DNA from: Bythopirellula sp.
GTDB lineage: Bacteria; Planctomycetota; Planctomycetia; Pirellulales; Lacipirellulaceae
Assembly (NCBI GenBank): GCA_965216565.1
Contig: OZ244170.1
Location: 4,032,001-4,096,000 of the forward strand
DNA: 64,000 nt
Direction: 5' to 3'
The notes under the pieces are model-generated. The model was not told the origin of the DNA. It saw only the letters and a list, made by a program, of their open reading frames with translations, and did no database searches. The stretch's first letter is position 1; each line of letters begins with the position of its first letter. The position numbers were made by a program, and so were the translations under genes. Positions 18,706-27,500 of this stretch are shown piece after piece.

Positions 18706-21700
18706 ATGCCCCGATTACCCTTTTGGCAGAAAGCCGCTCGTTCCCCAGACAAGGCTAGTGCGATCCCTGCGGCAACCGTTCAATCGGCCCGCCCGCTCGA
18801 CCTGGCCACGCTCGAAGACCGAGTGTTGTTCAGCGCCGGGCCTATACCCTTGGATGGAACAAGCGGCGAACCCATCGAAACCGCGGCCATCAATGCAGCA
18901 CCGGTTCTCAGCGATATCGATGTAAGTCTCGACGAAATTCTCGAAGACTCAGGCGCTCCCGTGGGTGCCGTGGGAACTTTAATCTCAGATATCGTCGACC
19001 TAACGTCTAGTAGCGCGAGCGTCGATCGCGAGGATTTTGTTCCCTTTTACGCAGCCGCCAACGGCGACAATGCGCAACGCAACATCGGATTGTGGTGGGA
19101 TGGTTGGGACGAATGGGCAACAAAAGCCAAATTGAGCCTGGAAAAGCATGGTTCGCTCTGGATGCACTTGCCTTATGGCAGAATTACACCTGGTCAAATG
19201 GACTTCGATGGCCGTAGCGACGCAGCCGCTGGAGTGCCTCCCCACCACGGACCGCTACCGCATATCTCTGATGGCTTGGCTCATTATCTAGAGCAAGTGG
19301 TGACACCTACCGACGAGTTGTTCTTCTATTTCGGTGCTCCCTACCAAATTTATACAGACGGGATGACTTATACCGAATTTGAAACAGCTGTGCTAACAGA
19401 GTTCAGCGATATTCTGACGTTAGCGGACGACGCCAAAGTGAGTATTGGTTTCGATAATACTTTTGGCCGACCTGCATCGTTAGGAGGGATTTGGTCCGTA
19501 CTGGGCGGACCCACCGGGTATCATGCCCAACTATTTCAAACTGTTGCCTCCTACGGTGTGAATGTCATCTTAGAACCATGGATCTACAAAGGAGCAAGCT
19601 GGGCGTACGACTACGATACCGTTTCGGCAGAACGGTTCTACCGCCTGCAGGAGCTTCACTTAGGTGACGAACCCAAGGGTACAAATTGGGAGAATCGGGC
19701 ATTACTAAACAACGATCACTACCGCTTGCCAGAAGATGCCGATGTCGTCGAATACTACGGTGGCAGTTGGGATACTGCCCTTCGTGAAATTCTATCTATG
19801 GGCGAAATCCCTATGAGCCGACTCGCCACGGATGATTCGCCGTTCCAGCCGTCTTGGATCGAGTTTGCCGACGAATTGATCGATCCCTCTACCCTAATTC
19901 CCTTGGCGGGGTACGACCCACCCGATAGCACAAGCCTTCAGCAGAACTCCATAGATGGGCAGCTGGATTCTATTGAGCTCTTCACTGGCGACCCGACATT
20001 CGCGGCCCTCGCTACCAACTCAACTACCGGGGAGAGCGATTTCACACCCGCGGCTAATCTCGACAATGTTTTCGACTCCGATGGAGTAATTTCAGGTGTC
20101 GCGATTACAGGAGTCAATTCCACCAACGGGACGTGGTGGTACAGCACGAGTGGTGGTGATAACTGGGACGCTTTGGGAACGGTCTCAGACACCTCCGCTC
20201 GTTTGCTCGCTGCCAACCCTCTCACGCGGATATACTTTCAACCGAATGCCGAGTACAGCGGCACAATAGCTGACGCTATTACGTTTCAGGCATGGGATCG
20301 AAGCGACGCAATTGCGAACGGCACTGCTGGTGTCGATGTAACAGCCAGTGGAGGCAGTTCCGCATTCTCAACGGCCAGTGATGTCGCATCCCTCACAGTT
20401 GCCAATACAAACGATCCACCAAGTATCGGTTCGATTTTAAACCAGATCGGTATTGAAGATTCAGTAGTAGGTCCGATAACGCTCACTCTCAGCGACATCG
20501 ATACACCATTGGGAGATCTCATAGTTACTGCTTCTTCCAATGACCAAACTCTAGTGCCCGATGGCAATCTTAGTGTCAGTGGTTCCGGTGCTAGCCGTTC
20601 TTTAACGATCACTCCGGGCCAAAACCAATTCGGCACTGCGACTATTAGCGTGACGGTTGACGACGGCACCGATTCGACCACTGAGAATTTCACGGTAACC
20701 TTTACTCCTGACCCCGATCCACCGGTGGCAGTTGACGATTCCTACGTGGCAACTGAAGACGAGCCTCTGGTCGTGTCGGCCGATGGGCCACTCGCCAATG
20801 ATATTGACCCCGATGGCGATTCACTGACGATGGCAATCGTCTCTGGTCCAACGAACGGCAGCCTTGTTCCGCAGTCAGATGGGTCGTTCGTCTACACGCC
20901 CAATCCAGGGTTCCTGGGTAGCGATCAATTTCAATACACTTCCACTGATGGAACTTTTGTTAGCAACGTTGCAGTGGTGCAAATAGTGGTTCAGCCAAAT
21001 CTGGCACCCCCTCCCCCACCGATAGATCCTTCCTTGGGGCGGCCACCGCAGCTCATCGATCGTCCCCCACGCGAGTCCACTGCGACGACGACTTCAATAG
21101 GCAGCGGCAGCGAAGAGCTAGGGCAAATTGAGTTGCAGTTGGTTTCACCTAATTTGCCGGCCAACCGAGGCGTTCGAGAACTACTGCTCCAGCCGCAAGA
21201 GTCAGTAGAGACCGTTGGGCAAGCTTCAGTAGCCGACACTACGGCAGAGTCTCAGCAAGGAGCAACCACAGAGAATGTAGAAACAAAGACTGCTGTAACA
21301 GAAACGGCTTTGGCAGAATCAGAAGTAACAGACTCTGTGAATATAGATCAATCAGCGGTGGAAGACTCCACAGAGGAAAAAGTTCCCGAGCAAACTGGAA
21401 AAGACACGACCCCTAACGAAACTTTGGACAACCTCGAACCGGTCGCTATAGAAGTTGAACCAGGGGCCGACAAACTTGTCACGAAACTCGAGGCTTCCGA
21501 CCTACAACACGACGCCAAGGATCTGCAGGAAGGATTGGATGCCGACGGAGCGAAAGTGGCAGGCGCGGCACTAGCTACCGGCTGCGGGATTTTGGCCATG
21601 CGCAGCGGCTTCCTCAACGGAATTTGGCAGTGGACGTGCTCCACATGGCAGAGAAAAGACTTACCGCCAACTACCAGCAATGCTCAGGCAACTTCTGGTG

Positions 21701-21762
21701 TGCCAGGGTTGGGCTCAAAGAGCGATTCGCGCGCGGACGACGTGGAAGAGTCGGGGCCCTAG
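18706..21762 (+). CDS. Cadherin/Ig-like (Big_9-type) surface protein with LEPR-XLL-like N-terminal motif and an inserted unknown domain
   Basis: LATLEDRVLFSA; NAAPVL, NDPPSI, PPVAVDDSY..GSFVYTPNPGFLGSDQFQY repeats; acidic linker; hydrophobic C-terminal motif; likely start ATG 18706 (ORF open from 18613). Confidence 0.8.
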   Translation: MPRLPFWQKAARSPDKASAIPAATVQSARPLDLATLEDRVLFSAGPIPLDGTSGEPIETAAINAAPVLSDIDVSLDEILEDSGAPVGAVGTLISDIVDLTSSSASVDREDFVPFYAAANGDNAQRNIGLWWDGWDEWATKAKLSLEKHGSLWMHLPYGRITPGQMDFDGRSDAAAGVPPHHGPLPHISDGLAHYLEQVVTPTDELFFYFGAPYQIYTDGMTYTEFETAVLTEFSDILTLADDAKVSIGFDNTFGRPASLGGIWSVLGGPTGYHAQLFQTVASYGVNVILEPWIYKGASWAYDYDTVSAERFYRLQELHLGDEPKGTNWENRALLNNDHYRLPEDADVVEYYGGSWDTALREILSMGEIPMSRLATDDSPFQPSWIEFADELIDPSTLIPLAGYDPPDSTSLQQNSIDGQLDSIELFTGDPTFAALATNSTTGESDFTPAANLDNVFDSDGVISGVAITGVNSTNGTWWYSTSGGDNWDALGTVSDTSARLLAANPLTRIYFQPNAEYSGTIADAITFQAWDRSDAIANGTAGVDVTASGGSSAFSTASDVASLTVANTNDPPSIGSILNQIGIEDSVVGPITLTLSDIDTPLGDLIVTASSNDQTLVPDGNLSVSGSGASRSLTITPGQNQFGTATISVTVDDGTDSTTENFTVTFTPDPDPPVAVDDSYVATEDEPLVVSADGPLANDIDPDGDSLTMAIVSGPTNGSLVPQSDGSFVYTPNPGFLGSDQFQYTSTDGTFVSNVAVVQIVVQPNLAPPPPPIDPSLGRPPQLIDRPPRESTATTTSIGSGSEELGQIELQLVSPNLPANRGVRELLLQPQESVETVGQASVADTTAESQQGATTENVETKTAVTETALAESEVTDSVNIDQSAVEDSTEEKVPEQTGKDTTPNETLDNLEPVAIEVEPGADKLVTKLEASDLQHDAKDLQEGLDADGAKVAGAALATGCGILAMRSGFLNGIWQWTCSTWQRKDLPPTTSNAQATSGVPGLGSKSDSRADDVEESGP

Positions 21763-22118
21763 TTCTCGACAAGATCAGAACGGACACGGTTTTGTAGCAG
21801 CTCCCGACGCGCTCGGCTCAACGTTACCGCTGAGACTTTCCACCCCAATTCCTTGCGGGCAAGTGCTTGGAGCTCTCTCAGGTAGAGACCAGGTTGTTGT
21901 CGAAATTTCGCCAAAAGCCAAGGAGTATAGGGTTCCCAACTTCGCCGACGTCTGCGAGTTGTCTTCGGGAGTACTCTGCCTTCTTCTCGTCTTGTTTGCT
22001 TGATCCGACGGACCCAGGATTCCGAAACTCGGAACTGAGTTGCCACCATGCGAGTATTTCCCCCTGCATCGCAAGCAGCGAGTACGCTAAGTCGAAATTC
22101 AGGCGAATAGGCTTCCAT
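21759..22118 (-). mobile_element. IS630-family transposase N-terminal HTH fragment (no DDE domain)
   Basis: MEAYSPEFRLSVLAA..VATQFRVSESWVRR..QPGLYLREL..VSAVTLSRA resembles IS630 OrfA; no catalytic OrfB follows. Confidence 0.75.
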
Positions 22119-22641
22119 CGTACAACTCGGAAAACATGGAGCACCTGCCTATGGGCTAGGCAAGCGAACCACTCGTCAGTTTTAGGGCGCAATTTGGGGG
22201 GTGTATAAGGTCTACGGGCTAAAGAGCCTGCTGGACGCATGGATAATCTAGGATATATAGGTTAAGCAAATCGGGCGGTCCGGGCCAGCAAATGGTTTTC
22301 ATAAGAACAAGATGAGTGCCATGCAGTCCCAAAAAATGCCTGCCGAGGCGATGGCTACACAGGATTCTGAGCCAAGAAACCCCATTGAGTGTCAGGATTT
22401 ACCGCGAATAGCCACCCTCTGCTATTAGCAGCCAAGGTGACGTACCGTCTTCTGAAATCATCTTTTAACGCGGCAGTAGATACGGCTCAGAATATACCTC
22501 TGAAGAGGTATGTAGATTTGAATAGAGCCAAGTCCGAGCTCTAAACGATTCCTAGATCCAATGGGTGGATGTAGAGAACCGATAGGTCGGTTTCATTTCA
22601 CGGAACGTTCAACGACCCCGTTTCCAAGGTTCCAAATTGCG

Positions 22642-24246
22642 TTAGTTCCGATTCCTCACACCAATACCCTTCTTATACGGTTCGAGGATAAGGCTCGGCA
22701 CAATGCGATCGAACGTACGGCGGAACCACCAGCAGCTATCGGGATTCAGATAGATGATATCCCCTGCCTGGACAAGCACTGTTTCTCGAGAATCGTATCG
22801 CGCTTTGATCAAGTCGACGTGAATCAGCAGTGGTTTGCCGTCGGGACCGACGCGATGAACAGTCACGGTCGTTGGTGAGTTGATGGGGTCGATATACCCT
22901 GCCATCACGACTGCGGTGACCACATCGATTTCGCGTTCACGAGGAAGAATGAATCCGACGCCGATTTCTCGCTCGCGGTCACCGATGGTGAATCGGACGT
23001 TGTTCGTCGTATTGAGTTGTCCCACTACGAAGAAGACTTCGTGCCGGCGACTAGGAACGACCACAACGTCACCGGGCTGTAGACTAATATCTTCTTTGGA
23101 GAGCTGGCTGGGACCAGTTTGCCGCAAGGGAATTCTTAGTATCTGTTTATCGCCTTGAATAATGCGCTGTTCTTGAGACATAGCGTACTGACCCATTTGG
23201 GCAGGCGGCATCATCTGTTGGCAGTTTACATATTGAGGTCGTCCAGGGTGCATGGCACGAGCTACTTCAGGCAACCCGGGCGTCGGTTGAAAGACGTCGA
23301 ACTCATCTCCCATCGCTTGCGGCGTTATTGGCGTTGCTTCGATGTTGGACTGCGGTGCCGGCCACGGTTCACTTAACTGTAACGCGGGCCGGTCAGTACC
23401 TTGCTGAGTGGGGACTGCCAGTGGTTTTGAGACCTTGATGGCACTTGTGGGCGAATTCAATTTAAGGGCAACGTGCTCTGGTTCAGGTGCTCCATCAGGC
23501 ACCCAACAGGTAAGCCCAGGCGAAACTTGTTCGAACCGAGCCATGTGGACGGGGTAATTTGATTGTTGTTCCGTTGCGGACAGCTGAGGTAGCCTCATCG
23601 GCTGGCCATGCATCGGGAGCCGGCGATGGATTTCAATCACATCCGCAGACTCTTCTAGCAGGCCACCAGCCGCGGCTAAAGCATGCCCCACGTCATTTTC
23701 AAACTTTGGAAGGATATGGACGCCCGGTGCCTGGACCTTACCCAGTACAAGAATGCTGGTAGAACTCTTTTCAGCCAGCGTTACGCTGACTCTAGGGTCG
23801 ACCAGAAAGTCTTTGCTATAGGCAGCTGTGATATTCTCCTGAGCTTGCTGAAGGTTCTTCCCTCCGACAATCACAGGTCCTACCAGCGGCAATTGGATTT
23901 CGCCGCTTGCCATCACTTGCACGCGGATAGGATGCACCTCGGCTTGGTCGAATAGCCCTGGGACAGTAATTTCCAGAATGTCATTGGCGCCAAGGATATA
24001 GTCTGCAGGGGGCTGAATCGTAAGATTCGAATAATTGAGCGGTGCCCCGGCGGTTCGAATCGGAGTGCGAAAGCTATCTGGTAAACACCTGGCAGGAATG
24101 CCGTGCGAACGCAAAGGAGCCCAGCAGCCGGAGGCACTACCCAGCACACAAAGTAGCAGCACCAGCGTGACCTCACTAAATCGTGAGCGCAAAGCAGACT
24201 TCTCAGTGCTAGCAGCTTTCTTAGGTGGACGAATACTCGAATTCAT
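22642..24246 (-). CDS. wza: Polysaccharide biosynthesis/export lipoprotein (Wza-like, Poly_export + SLBB)
   Basis: Lipobox ASGC; DYILGANDILEITV..GEIQLPLVG..DPRVSV; VLGKVQAPG; LQPGDVVVV; VQAGDIIY. Confidence 0.85.
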   Translation of the reverse strand: MNSSIRPPKKAASTEKSALRSRFSEVTLVLLLCVLGSASGCWAPLRSHGIPARCLPDSFRTPIRTAGAPLNYSNLTIQPPADYILGANDILEITVPGLFDQAEVHPIRVQVMASGEIQLPLVGPVIVGGKNLQQAQENITAAYSKDFLVDPRVSVTLAEKSSTSILVLGKVQAPGVHILPKFENDVGHALAAAGGLLEESADVIEIHRRLPMHGQPMRLPQLSATEQQSNYPVHMARFEQVSPGLTCWVPDGAPEPEHVALKLNSPTSAIKVSKPLAVPTQQGTDRPALQLSEPWPAPQSNIEATPITPQAMGDEFDVFQPTPGLPEVARAMHPGRPQYVNCQQMMPPAQMGQYAMSQEQRIIQGDKQILRIPLRQTGPSQLSKEDISLQPGDVVVVPSRRHEVFFVVGQLNTTNNVRFTIGDREREIGVGFILPREREIDVVTAVVMAGYIDPINSPTTVTVHRVGPDGKPLLIHVDLIKARYDSRETVLVQAGDIIYLNPDSCWWFRRTFDRIVPSLILEPYKKGIGVRNRN

Positions 24247-24552
24247 TAGAATCGTTTACCGGCTGGATGGAGGAGTTTCTTACGATGGTGTCAATTTGCA
24301 AAGGTAACTTGCATTGTTTCAGTTATTCGGGCTTTCCCGAATTGAGCGCCAAAACGATTTGCAATACGCATAGACTCACTGCAGAAGGGATACCTTTGCC
24401 AAGCAGATGCCCTTAGCTGACCGGCATATCTTGCCAAGGTTTGGTGCCAGTTTGCCTGGAATAAGAAGTGAGCAAACTCGATTGCTAGCAACCCTAGCAA
24501 TCGCCGAAGGAGATAGTTCGTCGAAAGACCAGATTCTCAGCCGGTCGGTGCT

Positions 24553-27500
24553 TCAGCTAAATGCCCGTTCTAGCAGCTCATCGACAAGCCCTGCCTGTTC
24601 GGCTGTTTCGGATTCGCTAGTGGTAGAGCTTTGTAGATCTAAGTTTTCGCCCGCCCTATCCATCAACGCTGCTTGTCTGGGCATAAATGTCTGAACGAAA
24701 CTTGATTCGACGGTCGATTGCTCGGACATGATACTAGTTCGTTCATCAACGGTATCGCGATCCCAATTTAGTGCCATCGCCGCGTCGATCATCGCATTGG
24801 GTGTCGCTACAGCAGTTCGAGAATCGTTTGCCGAAGATCCCGCTAGTGGCAATAACTCAGTTTGCCCGTAGGTAGACTCCCAGACGGCCAAGTCAGAAGT
24901 GTCGACATCGCCATCGCCGTCACTGTCGCCGTCGCTCTGCAACGCTCCGCTAGAAATGCCGAAACCTATTTGCCAAGCTAGAAAGTCGAGTCCGTCGATG
25001 ACATCGTCGTCCACAAAGTCGGCCGAGGGGACGCCCATTGAAGGCAACAAGCTAGTCGGTGCGATTTGGAGACCAACCAACTCGGCATCGACGATCCCGA
25101 ACTGGCTCCCATCAAAGTAGAGTGGGCTTGTGAATGTTCCACTTGTGGTGGGACCTAAAGATGTCGGATCGAAGACAAATACGTCTTCATCCTCGCCGGA
25201 AACACTCCCTGCAACAAAATCGCTTTGGACTGCCAAGTAGATATTGCCTCCGGCATCCACCGATACGCCTGTTACATCTTCGGGACTGAGACCCACGTCG
25301 CTACCGTCAAAGTACAATTCCCAGGTGCCTGCGGTGTTGTCGCCGAGCGAGGTCGATGTGAAGGCAATAAGGTCGTCGTCCCTGACAGAAAGCCCCAGAA
25401 TCGTATCCGAGCCGGCGATCGAAACTAGTACTCGTCCATCAGGCAGAACATCGATTGCATCAATATCGCTGGATGATCCGTCGAGTCCCACATCACTACC
25501 ATCAAAGAAGAGCTCAAAAGTGCCTTGGGTCGTCTCGCCGAAGTGGGTCCCAGTGAATTTTACGATGTCCATATCCTCGACCGTTCCAGCAATGCCGGGG
25601 ATAGTCACACCCAGCGAGAAAGACAGGAGCAATTCGCTAGGGCTGAGCAAAGTGAATCCATCCACTCGAGCGGCTTCAATTCCAACGTCTGAGCCATCGA
25701 ATAGCACTTCAAATCCGATACCATTGAAGATCAACACATCTTCATTGTCCGCAGTGATATTCCCAACAGTCGAAGTCTGATTGACCCCCAGGAGTAGCAC
25801 AGAATCTTGACCAGGCACAACGGTTACATGGAGCGTATCAGACGAATTTAAAGAAGATGAACCGCCATCTCCTGAGTCTGTGACTTGAATCGTGAGATCG
25901 CCTTCCCCGGTGAAGCCAGGGTCGGCAGCAATGGTAAGCACATGCGAGACAGGATCGATGGCTGCGCTGATACCCGAAAATGAAGAGAGTATCGTAAATA
26001 CTGCCGCAGTTGCCGGGGTTTCGACGTCTGAGTAGAAAGCATCGAGATCGATCGAATTGTCGGTGCCATTCTCGATCAACGAAACATCTGGCAAACCGGC
26101 GAGGCTGGGGGGGTCGTTCACAGGATCGATGTTGATAGAGACTAGTGCGGTGTCACTCAGGCCCCCAGCATCTTGGACCTCGTAGACGAAGCTGTCGGTG
26201 AAATTCTCGCTTCCATCGTGGGTGTAGCCGAAGGTTCCGTCTGCATTTAATGTCAATGTTCCGAAACTGGGGGCGGTGATGGGTGTCGTGGTGACCATCA
26301 ACGACCCAGACGGCAAATCGTTATCCAACAGGCTAAATGCACCACCCACCAACTGCCCTGCCGTACCGCCTTCAGACAGGAAGAGCGAGTCGTCCTGGGC
26401 CTGAAGCGTAGTGTTGCCTGCAGAAGCAGACGGAATGTGAACCGCTACCACATCAAAGGGGCTCAGCCCATAGAGGCTACCGTCCAGGAGCAAATTCGAG
26501 GCATAGTTGCCAGTAGTGTTATTGCCAAGAGTCGTTGGGGAAAAGACGAAGACGTCGTCATCTCTGATATTGCTATCCGCCAAATCGAATGCATCAACCG
26601 CCGATAGGTAGATGTCTCCGTTTTGATAGACACTTAGTGCATCAATGTCTTCTCCCTCTAAGCTCACGTCGCTGCCATCGAAATGCAACTCCCAAGCTCC
26701 CGCCGTGGTACTGCCCAGCGAAGTTGGTGTGAACAAGAAAATATCCTCGTCAGCACCTGTGATGGCCCCAACATCGAATGTACCGCGAGTCGAGACCAAG
26801 ATCCGACCATCTGCCAGCAGGTCGAGTGAATTGATATCCTCACCGCTAGTAGTCAAGCTGACATCGCTACCATCGAAGTACAGTTCGAATGTGCCGCTTG
26901 TGGTGGAGCCCAACTCCGTGGCAGTGAATTTAACGATGTCCGAGTCGTCGACGGTCTCGGCAATTCCAGGGACAGTCCCAGAGGAAGCGAAGGAAAACAG
27001 CAACTCGTTTTCTGATGCGATATCGAATGCGTCGATCTCAAGTCCACTAAGGCCTACGTCCGAGCCATCAAAATACGCACTGAATGATAAGCCATCGAAG
27101 AATGCAATATCTTCGTCTTCGACCGTGATCCCCCCTGGCAGAGTAGCCATCGAATTCAGAGCAAAGTACAGCGACTCCGGTGGATTGGGGATCGTTGTAT
27201 CTACCTCAACGCTCAGCGTCACTGGCACTAACTCGTTGGTGTCGTTGTCGGCGATCTTTGCAGCACCAAAGTTGAGCGAGATTTCGTATGTGCCATCGTC
27301 GAAAGTGCTAGCCACTGGAGAGAGCGTGACCTGGTCGAGAGTGGAATCGTAGGCGAATGTATAATCCGTAGATTCAGTTTGTGGCACTCCATCTTTTGTA
27401 AGAGAAACCGTGGCACTCGTCACCGTCGCATCATCAAGGCCAGAACTAAAGTCCAGCAATGAGATCTCCAATGAACTCTGGACTGTGTTTACTAGGACTG

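Noticed and set aside
19006..20049. Intein as explanation for the inserted domain
   Set aside because: No C-terminal His-Asn followed by Cys/Ser/Thr, and no Hint or LAGLIDADG motifs visible
25244..27352. Ser-rich + strand ORFs (178 and 235 aa) with apparent repeats
   Set aside because: Antisense reflection of the FDGSDV repeats of the phosphoesterase gene
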